DNA from: Cohnella sp. | GTDB taxonomy: Bacteria > Bacillota > Bacilli > Paenibacillales > Paenibacillaceae | DNA: 64,000 nucleotides | NCBI RefSeq assembly: GCF_041641335.1 | Contig: NZ_JBEPYQ010000023.1 | Span: forward strand, 6,816-70,815 | Direction: 5' to 3' | Shown: piece by piece, positions 8,732 to 18,477 of the stretch | Layout of the letters: each line of letters opens with the position of its first letter | How positions within the stretch are numbered: position 1 is the stretch's first letter | Position numbers and translations under genes: made by a program | Notes under the pieces: generated by a model | The model's database searches: none | What the model saw: the letters and a program-made list of their open reading frames with translations, nothing else | Told to the model about the DNA's origin: nothing

Positions 8732-10261
8732 TCACTTGCCGGCGTTCCGCTCCACGTAGTCGGCCAGAAGCCGAACGCCGAAGCCGGTCGCTCCGGCGGA
8801 CTCATAACCGCGGTCGCCCGGCGTCTGAACGGTGTTGGCCATGTCGATATGCGCCCAGCGGACGCCCTCGCCGACGAAACGGCGCAGGAACAGCGCCGCC
8901 GCGCAAGCCCCCCCGTAAGCGCTGGAGCTGATGTTGTTCAGGTCGGCATAGTCGCTGCGCAGCAGATCCTCGTCGTCGTCGACGAGCGGCATCGGCCATA
9001 TCCGGTCTCCGCACGAATCTCCGCAGGAGCGCAGCGCTTCCGTTATGGCCGGATCGCCCCATACGCCGGCCACTCGCAGTCCGAGCGCATGGCCTACGCT
9101 GCCCGTCAGCGTGGCGATGTCGACGATCTCGGCAGCGCCGAGGCGCTGCGCGTGCAGCAGAGCGTCGGCGAGAATCAGCCGCCCTTCGGCGTCCGTGTTG
9201 CCGACTTGAACGGTCAGACCGTTCGGGTAACGGACGACGGAGGAAGGGAGCAGTGCGCCCGAGCCGGGCACATTGTCCGCGACCGCGATCAGCGCGGCGA
9301 CGTTGACCGCCGCGCCGCTGCGCGCCAGCAGGTCGAGAGCCCCGGCGACGGCGCAAGCCCCGCCCATATCGAAGCGGGCCTCGCTCAGATCCCGCCCCGT
9401 CTTCACGTTCATGCCGCCCATATCGAACGTCATTCCTTTGCCAACCAGCGCGACCAAGGGAAGGGACGGATCGGAGGCATAGGTCAGTTCGACGAGAGCG
9501 GGAGCATGGCGGCTTCCTTGGCTGACGGCAATAAGACCGTTCATGCCGGACGCCGCGAGATCGTCTCCGCGATAGATGCGAACGCCGACTCCCGGCACAT
9601 CTGCGAAACGCCGCTCGATCTCGTCCGCGAGCCGCTCCGGAGTCATCACGTTGGCAGGCTCGTTGCACCAATCCCGGGCCAGCATGGCGCTTTCCGCACG
9701 CAGACGCGCCTTCTCCGCCAGCCGAATCGCGGCCTCCCGGTTCGCGCTTCCGGCCAGAAGCCGCAGCGAAGAGACCGCGCTTTTTCTCGCGGCCTCCGTC
9801 TTATATCGATCGAATGCATAGCTGCCGAGCAGCCAGCCTTCCACCCAAGCCTGCACGCCGCCTTCCGCGCCCAGCCTGTCCGCGGCTGCGCCGAGGTCGA
9901 CCGCCGCCGCCTTGTAGCCTTCGCGGCCGATGGCTCGCGCGGCGCTTCCGGCCGCCCGCCTGAGCCGCTCGGCATCCAAGCGGTGCGCCGAGCCCAACCC
10001 GACGATCGCCGCATGCCGCTCTCCGGGCGTTCCGTACAGCAAGCTCGTCCGTCCAAGCGCTGCTGCCGAAGGAGTGGGTTCAACGTGGAGACCAGGAATA
10101 CCTTTCGCCCCTTCGAAGACGAGGTGCAGCACAACCTCCGACGACGGACTCACACCCGAAGCTGAATTTGAATCCGAGCTCAAGACTGAGTCCAAGCCCG
10201 AAACCGAGCCTGAGTCAGCCGCCGCGAGCTCATCTATCCGTTCAACGATGTCGATCCTCAT
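8732..10261 (-). CDS. pepA: M17-family leucyl aminopeptidase
   Basis: ...VGKGMTFDMGGMNVKT...NTDAEGRLILADAL... are M17 signatures. The start MRIDIVERIDE at 10261 has an SD and overlaps the PepV stop by 20 nt. Confidence 0.85.
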   Translation of the reverse strand: MRIDIVERIDELAAADSGSVSGLDSVLSSDSNSASGVSPSSEVVLHLVFEGAKGIPGLHVEPTPSAAALGRTSLLYGTPGERHAAIVGLGSAHRLDAERLRRAAGSAARAIGREGYKAAAVDLGAAADRLGAEGGVQAWVEGWLLGSYAFDRYKTEAARKSAVSSLRLLAGSANREAAIRLAEKARLRAESAMLARDWCNEPANVMTPERLADEIERRFADVPGVGVRIYRGDDLAASGMNGLIAVSQGSRHAPALVELTYASDPSLPLVALVGKGMTFDMGGMNVKTGRDLSEARFDMGGACAVAGALDLLARSGAAVNVAALIAVADNVPGSGALLPSSVVRYPNGLTVQVGNTDAEGRLILADALLHAQRLGAAEIVDIATLTGSVGHALGLRVAGVWGDPAITEALRSCGDSCGDRIWPMPLVDDDEDLLRSDYADLNNISSSAYGGACAAALFLRRFVGEGVRWAHIDMANTVQTPGDRGYESAGATGFGVRLLADYVERNAGK

Positions 10262-11753
10262 TTCCGTCGACTTCCTTCCCATAGTCGATGTTCGCAAGCT
10301 CGTAGATCGCTTCGGCATACAGGGCCGTCGCCTGCAGCAGACTGTCGATGGAGATCCATTCGTCCGGCTGATGCGCCGTATCCTCTTCGCCCGGGAACAG
10401 CGGTCCGAAGGCGACGCAGCCCGGCAGCTTGCAGGCGTAGGTGCCGCCGCCGGTCGAGAGCAGCGTAGCCGGCTGTCCGGTCTGTTCCGTATAGACGCGT
10501 TGCAGCGCCCGGATCATCGGATGATCGGCGGGCACTTCGTGTGGAGGCTTGACGATCGGCGGTGTGAGGAAGAAGCCGTAAGGCCGCACCCTCTCTTCCA
10601 GCGCGGCCGCAAGCTCCTCGCCGTTCGCGCTGGACGGAAACCGGAGGTTGAGCTGGAAGAACGCCTCATCCGAGCTGGGCGCGTACCGGAGCAAGCCGAC
10701 GTTAACCGTGAGCGCTCCAGTTGCCTCGTCCCGGCAAGCGATTCCGAGCGCTCCCCCGTCCGTGTCCGGGGCGAGCAGCTCGACCGCGCCGCGGACGAAC
10801 CGTTCGTCGTCTCCGCCAAGCGGCTGGCTTCCGAGAAACTCCAATAGCTTCAGTCCCGCGTTGACGCCAATCTCCGGCGCCATGCCGTGCGCGGACTTGC
10901 CTTCCATTCGCAAAATCGTCGCGCATTCCGGCAATTGCAGGTCGGTCGAGGTAGAGCCGCTCAGCCCGCGTTCGGAGCAATAGGACCAGAACTCGGATAC
11001 GACCGCGGCCAGCCGGTCCTTGGAGCCGTGTACGATCGCTTCGGCGGCGTCCGGCACCATGTTCGCGGCAGTGCCGGAACGGAAGCGGCACAGCTTAAGC
11101 TCCGCGCCGGCGCCGTCTCCGTTCAAGCGAAGCGTCATGCCCGTGTTGATCTGCCCCTTCTCCGCGTGGACGATCGGGAAATCGGCGTCGGGAGTGAATC
11201 CGGCGAGCGGAGGACGCTCGTGGCGATTGTACGCGTCCATGCAGTTCATGCCGGTCTCCTCGTCGGTTCCGAAAATGAGCCGGACCCGATGCTTCAGCGG
11301 CAAGCCGAGCTCCTTAACGATGAGCAGTCCGTAGAACGCGGCCAGCGCCGGTCCCTTGTCGTCGAGAGAGCCGCGCGCGTACAGCCGGCCGCCGCGTACG
11401 GACGCCTCGAAAGGAGGAGACTTCCATTCTCCGCTGGCGGGCACGACGTCGACATGGCTGAGCACGGCGATGTAGTCGTCCCGATTCTCCTTGTCCCTGC
11501 CTTCAGCAAGGCTCTCCGGACCGTCATAATCTGCATAGCCGACGATGCCTTCGATCGTCGAATTCGCCAATCCGTGCTGCCCGGCCAGCTCCAGTACCCA
11601 AGCGAGAGCTCTGGCGGACTGCTCGCCAAGAGGGGCGTTCGGTCCGGCGGAGGACTCGTCCTTCACGCTCGGAATCGCAAGGAGAGACGACAAGTCGCGC
11701 AGCAGCGCGTCTTGCCGTCTCCGGGCTTCGTCCAGCCAATCGATCCGCCTCAT
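10242..11753 (-). CDS. pepV: PepV-type dipeptidase (M20 family)
   Basis: 503 aa. ...LSHVDVVPASGEWKSPPFEASVRGGRLYARGSLDDKGPALAAFYGL...IFGTDEETG... Confidence 0.85.
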   Translation of the reverse strand: MRRIDWLDEARRRQDALLRDLSSLLAIPSVKDESSAGPNAPLGEQSARALAWVLELAGQHGLANSTIEGIVGYADYDGPESLAEGRDKENRDDYIAVLSHVDVVPASGEWKSPPFEASVRGGRLYARGSLDDKGPALAAFYGLLIVKELGLPLKHRVRLIFGTDEETGMNCMDAYNRHERPPLAGFTPDADFPIVHAEKGQINTGMTLRLNGDGAGAELKLCRFRSGTAANMVPDAAEAIVHGSKDRLAAVVSEFWSYCSERGLSGSTSTDLQLPECATILRMEGKSAHGMAPEIGVNAGLKLLEFLGSQPLGGDDERFVRGAVELLAPDTDGGALGIACRDEATGALTVNVGLLRYAPSSDEAFFQLNLRFPSSANGEELAAALEERVRPYGFFLTPPIVKPPHEVPADHPMIRALQRVYTEQTGQPATLLSTGGGTYACKLPGCVAFGPLFPGEEDTAHQPDEWISIDSLLQATALYAEAIYELANIDYGKEVDGNEDRHR

Positions 11754-12805
11754 ATCGCTTCACCCCGCCGCAGCTGGATGACGCTGCGATTTTCGCCGAT
11801 AACCCGTCCGTTGTCGTTGAGAATGTTCGGCGAGCCGATCCGGTACATCCGGTCGATCGTCTCGCGGTTGCCGTAGCCGATCTGCTCCAGAATCGCAGCG
11901 ACCGCGATCGGCCATTCGTCCTCCGAACCGTCGACGACTTTTAATGCGAAGCCGATCCGTTCCTTCTTCAGGCCGAAGCAGTAGATGCCCTTGGCCCCGC
12001 CTTTGGCGACGATATTGTCGTCCATGAGCAGATTCGGGCAGATCAGATACTCGGCCGAAATCATGCGAGGGTAGGCGTTCATCAGGTCCGTGACTTTGCG
12101 GACCGCTTCGCGGAGCGCGGGATCGGCGATCAGATCCGGACAGGCCAGCTTAAGGAAGGCGGTCGCCATGTTGCGCAGCGGCATGCCGAATACCGGGAAG
12201 CCGCAGCCGTCGGTGCCGATCCGGATGTCCTCCTGCGGAATTTCCGCCAGCTCGGCGGCCAGCGAAGCGATCCGCCGCTGGGCCGGATGGTCGGGCGAAT
12301 CGTAGTCGTCCAGAGAATAGCCCATGCCGATGCAAGTGGCGAGCACGCCAAGGTGCTTGCCCGAGCAGTTGTGGTAGATGCGCCGCTGGGGCAGGCGCTC
12401 GGCAACGAGCGCGTCCCGGGCAGACGCGTCCAGGGGGTAGGTCGGCTTGCAGACGAGCGCTCCTTCGTCCAGGCCCAGCTTGCCGAGCATGCCTTCGAGC
12501 GCGTTCACGTGATAGGGAAGCGCCCGGTGCGAAGCCATCATGATCGCCTGCTCCTCCGGCGTGAATCCGAACTTCTCGTCGAAGCCCTCCAGGAAAAAGG
12601 GCAAAGCCTGAATCGGCTTGGCCGCCGAACGCATGAACGTAATCGCGTCCGGATCGCCGTACTGCCAGACGATATCGCCCGTCTCGTTCACGGCGCACGC
12701 ATGCCCGTAGTGGACGTTCTCCACAATTCCCCCGCGGTACTCCAGAACGAGAGGCTCGGCGCCGCTCGCCAAGCCTTCCCCCAGTCCGTCTGTCAACTTG
12801 CTCAT
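11750..12805 (-). CDS. Asparaginase-II family (Rhizobium etli type) amidohydrolase
   Basis: 351 aa. Family motifs GGIVENVHYGH, RSAAKPIQALPF, NCSGKHLGVL, PDHPAQ and GTDGCGFP. ATGA overlap with the pepV start. Confidence 0.8.
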   Translation of the reverse strand: MSKLTDGLGEGLASGAEPLVLEYRGGIVENVHYGHACAVNETGDIVWQYGDPDAITFMRSAAKPIQALPFFLEGFDEKFGFTPEEQAIMMASHRALPYHVNALEGMLGKLGLDEGALVCKPTYPLDASARDALVAERLPQRRIYHNCSGKHLGVLATCIGMGYSLDDYDSPDHPAQRRIASLAAELAEIPQEDIRIGTDGCGFPVFGMPLRNMATAFLKLACPDLIADPALREAVRKVTDLMNAYPRMISAEYLICPNLLMDDNIVAKGGAKGIYCFGLKKERIGFALKVVDGSEDEWPIAVAAILEQIGYGNRETIDRMYRIGSPNILNDNGRVIGENRSVIQLRRGEAI

Positions 12806-12819
12806 CTGTTTCGTTCCTC

Positions 12820-14097
12820 CTATGGAAGGAGCTCCAGTTCGATTACGGTATCCCTCTCGTCGGGCAGCCGCGCGCCTTTCAGCGTAATGAACGCGCCGCT
12901 GTCGATGTCGGAATACTGTTCCGCCATCCAGGGGAGCTCCACTTTTAATTCGGTTCCGTCGCGAAGCAGCCGCGCCCGCTTGATCTTGCCCTTCAGCCCG
13001 GCGAAATAAACCGGTCCGATGCCTCGATCGAAGACGTGAGCGTACAGCTTATCACCTCTCTGAGTATAACGGCCCCACTCCGGCTTGGCTAGATCCGAAG
13101 CGCCGCATCCGTAGATGCTATCGCCGTTCAATCTCAGCCATTCTCCGACTTCCGCCAGCACATCGAGAGATTCGCGCGTAATTTCGCCCTTGGCGTCCGG
13201 TCCGACGTTGAGCAGCAGGTTGCCGTTTTTACTGACGCATTCGACCAGCGTGCGGATCACTTGCGAGGCGGACTTGTACTCTCTGTCGCCGGAATGATAG
13301 CCCCAGTTGTCGTTGAGCGTAATGCAAGCTTCCCACGGGATCGAAGCGCCGTTGGCGTCAACGATGCCTCCCGGCGGGATAATCTGCTCGGGAGAATAGA
13401 AGTCGCCGGCGTATTCTTCCGGCTCCGCCGCGCGGATGTCGCCGCCCAGCCGATTGTCGATAATGATGTCCGGCTGAATCGAGCGGATCATGCGCACGAG
13501 CTCGGTCGCTCTCCATTTCTCCCCGGTCATGTCGTCGTAGGAGAAGTCGAACCACATGATATCGATCTTGCCGTAGTTCGTCAGCAGCTCGCGCACTTGG
13601 CCGTGCATGTAGATCAGATAGCGGTCGAAGTCGATCGGCTTGTCCTTGGCCGCTTCGTTGTCCCGATCGGGGTGGATGCGGTCGCCGTAGCCCGGATAGT
13701 CGGGATGATTCCAATCGATGATCGAGTAGTAGAGGCCGACGGCCAGCCCCTCGGCGCGGAAAGCGTCGACGTATTCGCGAATCAGATCGCGTCCGGCCGG
13801 CGTGTTCGTCGCCTTGAAGTCGGTCAGCTTGCTGTCGAACAGGCAGAAGCCGTCGTGATGCTTCGTCGTCAGCACCGCGTATTTCTGTCCGGCCGCCTTG
13901 GCGGCCCGAGCCCAAGCTCTCGGGTCGTACCGGGACGCGTCGAATTCGTCGAAGTAGACCTTGTATTGCTCGAAGCTCATTTTCTCGTTGCCGCGAATCC
14001 ATTCTCCCCGCGCCGGAATCGAGTACAGTCCCCAATGAATGAACATGCCGAACCGATCGCGCAGAAACTCTCTCGTTCTTTCTTCTCTCGTGCTCAT
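12820..14097 (-). CDS. GH29 alpha-L-fucosidase
   Basis: MSTREERTREFLRDRFGMFIHWGLYSIPARGEW...AVLTTKHHDGFCLFDS... AGGAGG lies 10 nt upstream of ATG 14097. Confidence 0.9.
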   Translation of the reverse strand: MSTREERTREFLRDRFGMFIHWGLYSIPARGEWIRGNEKMSFEQYKVYFDEFDASRYDPRAWARAAKAAGQKYAVLTTKHHDGFCLFDSKLTDFKATNTPAGRDLIREYVDAFRAEGLAVGLYYSIIDWNHPDYPGYGDRIHPDRDNEAAKDKPIDFDRYLIYMHGQVRELLTNYGKIDIMWFDFSYDDMTGEKWRATELVRMIRSIQPDIIIDNRLGGDIRAAEPEEYAGDFYSPEQIIPPGGIVDANGASIPWEACITLNDNWGYHSGDREYKSASQVIRTLVECVSKNGNLLLNVGPDAKGEITRESLDVLAEVGEWLRLNGDSIYGCGASDLAKPEWGRYTQRGDKLYAHVFDRGIGPVYFAGLKGKIKRARLLRDGTELKVELPWMAEQYSDIDSGAFITLKGARLPDERDTVIELELLP

Positions 14098-14125
14098 GGA
14101 CGGACAACCTCCTGCATTTTTTTGT

Positions 14126-14466
14126 ACAACTGACCAATTCGCATACATAAACCGACCAACGAAACGCCTGATGGAGAGGCCATTGCAAGGAGAACGGAGG
14201 GCGATGTTCTAAAGAATCGATTATCGTCTCTCGAATGGTGCCCAAACGGAGGGCGATGTTCTAAAGAATCGGTTATCGTCTCTCGAATAGTGCCCAAACG
14301 GAGGGCGATGTTCTAGAGAATCGATTATCGTCTCCCGAATGGCGCACAAACGAAGATTGTTGCTCGAAAGAATCGCACATTGGCACACGGGGGAGGCCAT
14401 GACGAATAGCCTTTTTACTCCAAAAGAGCCTAGCGGAGTTGATGTGAGTCAGTTGGTCAGCCGTAG
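14126..14466. repeat. 52-bp-array cassette, copy 1 (3 full units plus 1 degenerate unit)
   Basis: Conserved arms shared with 29361-29753. Units start at 14193, 14245, 14297 and 14349 (degenerate). Flanked by T7 (14117-14123) and T6 (14467-14472). Confidence 0.8.
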
Positions 14467-14490
14467 TTTTTTCTCGAGATAGAGGGAGGG

Positions 14491-14766
14491 GACGGCCCGT
14501 AAGCCAACCAAGTTGCTGTGAAAGATAATCGATGATAAAGGTGAAAGGGGTATGTCTCTCCCTCCGATGCAAGACTCCCCACAAAGTGACGTTAAGCTAC
14601 GAAGCTTATTCCGATTACTTTGCGGGGGCCCCAAAAGCGTTTCCTGAAATGTTTGCGGTAAACCCGTGACAGGGTAATTTCAGGAGTGTATGAGGCAGTC
14701 TCCGGGAGACACATACCCCTTCTTTTTCTATCGATCATCTCTAGCAACTTAGCTTATGGGACAGTC
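14491..14766. repeat. Nested-palindrome MITE-like element, copy 2 (longest, inverted relative to copies 1 and 3)
   Basis: Read on the minus strand it has paired arms CCCATAAGCTAAGTTGCT/AGCAACTTGGTTGGCTTACGGG, AGATGATCGATA/TATCATCGATTATCT and AAGGGGTATGTGTCTCCC/GGGAGAGACATACCCCTT. Internal hairpins are TCCTGAAAT/ATTTCAGGA and CCCCGCAAAGT/ACTTTGTGGGG. Confidence 0.75.
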
Positions 14767-14776
14767 TCCAACCGGA

Positions 14777-16459
14777 TTACTTTTTAATTTGAGCGTCGTA
14801 AGCTTCTTGATAGATTTGGATCAGACGGTTCAGATTCATGCTGTCGAGCGTCTTGAGATACGTATCCCAATCTTTCTCGACGTCCGCGTCGCCGGTGACG
14901 AAGCGGGCGAGCATTTCCTCTACGTAGTCGTTGACCGTCTTCGAGAGATCCGCGATTTCGGTTGCCTGCTCGTTCGTCATGAACAGCGGAGGAACGGTCG
15001 CGTAGGCGCCCGATTTGTAAGGCTCGTAGTTGTTTTTCGTTTCGTTGTAGAGAATGACTTCGAGATCGTCGTCGCCCTTGCTGACCGCGCTCAGGCGGAA
15101 TTCGTTGGAGCGGAGCGCCGGACCGGTCTGCGCCCAGTTGACGTTCTGGACTTCGCCGAACGACTTCAGCTCGGACCACTTGGCCGGCTGGCCGTTAATG
15201 CCGATCTCGCCTTCCGTCGCGTTGCGCCATTCCTGATCCGGACGGCCGTAGTTGCTGCGCAGCGTGTGCTCGTATTCGTACAAGCCGTCGGCCCAGCGAA
15301 GCGCGACCTCGGGATTTTTCGCCTTGTTCGTTATGAGGAAAGATCCGGTCGTCAGGCTCGTCGCGTCCGTAGGAGCGTACTGCGCGCCGTTCGGGCCCTT
15401 CAGCACGGGAACCGTCTTATACTCGTTCCAGCGTCCGCTCTCGCCGAGAAGCTGAGTGAATACGCCTTGGTGGCCGCCCGTAGAGGCGCCGAGCAGAGGG
15501 ACGTCCGGATTTTCTCCGACCTGGATGAGCTGGTTGTCGTCCTGCGTGAACGATTCCGGCGTGATCAGACCTTCGGAGTAGAGCTTGTTCAGATATTTCA
15601 GGCCCTCCTTCCATTCCGGCTTCGTGTACGAGACGTCAAGCTTGCCGTCCTGGACGAACAGCCGCTTCGTCGTGCCGTAGATCGGGTTGTAGATGAACGA
15701 GTTCATCAGGAAGCCGTCGATAGAAGATCTCCAGGACTTCGGAGAGATGGACAGCGCGACTTCGTCCGCCTTGCCGTTGTCGTTCGGGTCCTGCGTCTTG
15801 AACGCCTTAAGCACGTCGTACAGCTCTTCGGTCGTCGTCGGCATTTTCAAGCCCAGCTTGTCGAGCCACGGCTGGTAGATCCACATTTTCTGACTCATCG
15901 AGCAGTGATAGCATTCGTTGACTTCCGGCAAGGAGTAGATGTTGCCGCCCGGAGCGGTGATCGCTTCCTTGATGTCCGGACGTTCGGCGAACAGCTTCTT
16001 CGTCTGCGTGCCTTGGCTCTCGATCAGGTCGTTCAAAGGCAGGAACACGCCTTGCGAGCCATAGATCATCTCTTGCGCCGGAGACACGTTCATGCCGAAG
16101 ATGACGTCCGGATAGTCTTCGCTGGCGAGCACGAGGTTCAGCTTCTCCTGCATGCTCTGTTCCGGAACGACTTCCCATTCGATATGGACGTTCGTTTTCT
16201 CTTCGTACCATTTGGTGAATTCGTTGGTCGAGAAATCCTCGACGAGCGGATTGCCGCGTACCATGACTTTCAGCGTTACTTTTTCCTTCGTAATCGGATA
16301 AGTGCCAGGCTCGGTCAGCAGCCCGCCGTCTGCGCTTGCGCTCCCCGCAGGGGCGCTGGAGGAGGCGGAGCCTCCGTCGTTCTTGGAACCGGAGCAAGCG
16401 GCCAGAACCGTGGATAACAGCAGTACAGTCGCGATCAAGCTGAACAAGGATTTCTTCAT
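14777..16459 (-). CDS. ABC transporter extracellular solute-binding lipoprotein (LplA-like)
   Basis: 560 aa with a lipobox (LLLSTVLAAC). Confidence 0.9.
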   Translation of the reverse strand: MKKSLFSLIATVLLLSTVLAACSGSKNDGGSASSSAPAGSASADGGLLTEPGTYPITKEKVTLKVMVRGNPLVEDFSTNEFTKWYEEKTNVHIEWEVVPEQSMQEKLNLVLASEDYPDVIFGMNVSPAQEMIYGSQGVFLPLNDLIESQGTQTKKLFAERPDIKEAITAPGGNIYSLPEVNECYHCSMSQKMWIYQPWLDKLGLKMPTTTEELYDVLKAFKTQDPNDNGKADEVALSISPKSWRSSIDGFLMNSFIYNPIYGTTKRLFVQDGKLDVSYTKPEWKEGLKYLNKLYSEGLITPESFTQDDNQLIQVGENPDVPLLGASTGGHQGVFTQLLGESGRWNEYKTVPVLKGPNGAQYAPTDATSLTTGSFLITNKAKNPEVALRWADGLYEYEHTLRSNYGRPDQEWRNATEGEIGINGQPAKWSELKSFGEVQNVNWAQTGPALRSNEFRLSAVSKGDDDLEVILYNETKNNYEPYKSGAYATVPPLFMTNEQATEIADLSKTVNDYVEEMLARFVTGDADVEKDWDTYLKTLDSMNLNRLIQIYQEAYDAQIKK

Positions 16460-16490
16460 ATAGACCCTCCCGAAGTGATTGCGAATTAAA

Positions 16491-17387
16491 TTAGCCTTTA
16501 ATCGAACCGATCATGACGCCCTTGACGAAAAACTTCTGAACGAACGGATATACGAGCATAAGAGGGACGGACGAGATGACGATCAGCGAGTATTTGAGCA
16601 GCTCGCGCAAGCCTTGACGGGCCGCCGCCGATTTGACGTCTCCCAGCATGTCGATCCGAACTTCGTTCTGGACGAGAATATCTCTGAGAATGAGCTGAAG
16701 CGGATACAGCTGCGGGTCTTTCAAGTAGATCATCGCGTTAAAATATTGATTCCAGTGGCCGACCGCATAGAAGAGCGCGATGACGGCAATAATCGGTCCC
16801 GACAGCGGCACGACGATCTTCAGCAGAAAGCGGAAATCGTTGCAGCCGTCGATCTGCGACGCCTCCAGCAACTCGCCCGGAATCGTCGTCTGGAAGTAGG
16901 TGCGCATGATGATGACGTTCCATACGGACAGCGCGGTCGGTATCAGCATCGCCCATACGGTGTCGATCATATGCAAGTCTTTCACGACGAAATAAGTCGG
17001 GATGAGCCCTCCGTTAAACATCATCGTGAAGACGAACAGCAGCATGAACTTGTTCCGTCCCCGGAAGTCTTTGCGCGACAGCGGGTAAGCGGCCAGAATC
17101 GATAGGACGACGTTGATGAGCGTTCCTGCGATCGTATAGAAGAACGTGTTTTGGAAGCCCGTCAGGATGTTCTTGTTCTTGAATACGGCTTTGTAGCCGT
17201 CGAGCGACGGTTCCACCGGCCACAGCCACACTTTGCCCGACAGGACGGCATAGCTGGAACTGAAGGAAGCGCTTACGACATAGACGAGCGGATACAGCAC
17301 GACGATGAGCACGATCGTCAGCATCATGGAATTGACGATGTTGAAGGCGCGGTCTCCGCCCGACTCCCGAATCGGCTTGGCTTGCAT
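16491..17387 (-). CDS. Carbohydrate ABC transporter permease (LplC-like)
   Basis: Multi-TM ORF. AGGAGG lies 10 nt upstream of ATG 17387; the ORF-track start is 17408. Confidence 0.9.
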   Translation of the reverse strand: MQAKPIRESGGDRAFNIVNSMMLTIVLIVVLYPLVYVVSASFSSSYAVLSGKVWLWPVEPSLDGYKAVFKNKNILTGFQNTFFYTIAGTLINVVLSILAAYPLSRKDFRGRNKFMLLFVFTMMFNGGLIPTYFVVKDLHMIDTVWAMLIPTALSVWNVIIMRTYFQTTIPGELLEASQIDGCNDFRFLLKIVVPLSGPIIAVIALFYAVGHWNQYFNAMIYLKDPQLYPLQLILRDILVQNEVRIDMLGDVKSAAARQGLRELLKYSLIVISSVPLMLVYPFVQKFFVKGVMIGSIKG

Positions 17388-17401
17388 GGCTTTCGTTCCT
17401 C

Positions 17402-18316
17402 CTACCATAGGCTTTCCTGCCCCACTTTCTTGGCCGTCTGATTTACGACGATGAGCAGTACGAATCCTATGGCGGCTTTGAACAAGCCGATGGCAGTCGC
17501 GTAAGAGAAGTTAAGCGCTTGAGAAACGAGCCCGATTTTGTACACGTAGGTATCGATGACTTCGGAGGCTCGCAGATTCAGCGCATTTTGCATCAGCAAA
17601 ATTTTCTCGAAGCCGGTCTCCATGATCTGACCCGTGTTCAGAATAAGCAGAATGACCGCGATCGGCATAATGCCGGGCAAGTCGATATGCCGCATGCGCT
17701 GCACCTTGCTCGCGCCGTCCATGACGGCGGCCTCGTGAAGCGAAGGATCGATGCCGGCCAACGCCGCCAAGTAGATAATGCAGGCGAATCCGACGTTCTG
17801 CCACACATGGGACCAGACGTAGATCGACTGGAACATGCCGGCTTGGCCCATGAAGTTGATCGGATCTACGCCGAACCAGCCCAGGAACGAGTTGATAATG
17901 CCGGTCCGAGGGTCGAGAAACTGGAACAGCAAACCGACCACGACGACCAATGAAATGAAATAAGGCGCATAGGTGACCATCTGTACCGTTTTCTTGAACC
18001 GCTCGTGCTTTACGTAGTTCAATCCCAGAGCCAGCAGGATGGGAAAGGGAAAGCTGGCGATTAAGGTGTAGAAGCTGATAGACAGCGTGTTTCTCAGCAA
18101 TCTCCAGAATTCGTAGGAATTGAAGAAACGCTCGAAGTGGGCGAATCCGACCCATGGGCTTCCGAACAGGCCTTTGGTGACCGTGAATTGCTTGAACGCG
18201 ATAACGTTTCCAAACATCGGTACGTACTTGAATACGACGATGTAAAGAAGCGGCAGAGCGAACAGCGCGTACAACTGCCAGCCTTTCCTTACATCGGTCA
18301 AGGTTCTCAGCTGCAA
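17402..18316 (-). CDS. Sugar ABC transporter permease (LplB-like)
   Basis: 304 aa, multi-TM. ...ASEVIDTYVYKIGL... is typical of the LplB/YtcP family. Confidence 0.9.
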   Translation of the reverse strand: MQLRTLTDVRKGWQLYALFALPLLYIVVFKYVPMFGNVIAFKQFTVTKGLFGSPWVGFAHFERFFNSYEFWRLLRNTLSISFYTLIASFPFPILLALGLNYVKHERFKKTVQMVTYAPYFISLVVVVGLLFQFLDPRTGIINSFLGWFGVDPINFMGQAGMFQSIYVWSHVWQNVGFACIIYLAALAGIDPSLHEAAVMDGASKVQRMRHIDLPGIMPIAVILLILNTGQIMETGFEKILLMQNALNLRASEVIDTYVYKIGLVSQALNFSYATAIGLFKAAIGFVLLIVVNQTAKKVGQESLW

Positions 18317-18477
18317 TCCCCCCTCGGCTTAAGACTTGTTGTTTCCGGCCGGTGATTCGAAGTATAGAGGGGGGCAAGCTCGTCCGTAAAGAAGACAAAA
18401 TCAAGGACTATGCACGAATTTAGAATGGGCTGCAAGCGCTTTTATTCCACGTTCATAGACTATTCAATTGTTTAGAA

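Noticed and set aside
14193-14400. CRISPR array interpretation of the 52-bp arrays (also 29428-29687 and 55388-55850)
   Set aside because: The entire 51-52 bp unit repeats with only point differences, so there are no unique spacers alternating with a shorter conserved repeat. No cas genes are in the window.
14756-16417. 553-aa plus-strand ORF antisense to the solute-binding protein gene
   Set aside because: Its composition is R/V/L-rich with no motif. The minus strand encodes a lipoprotein SBP with a lipobox. Likewise 18625..20535 (antisense to the AraC regulator), 38443..40302 (antisense to ltaS), 20768..21715, 23825..24742 and 54321..55487.
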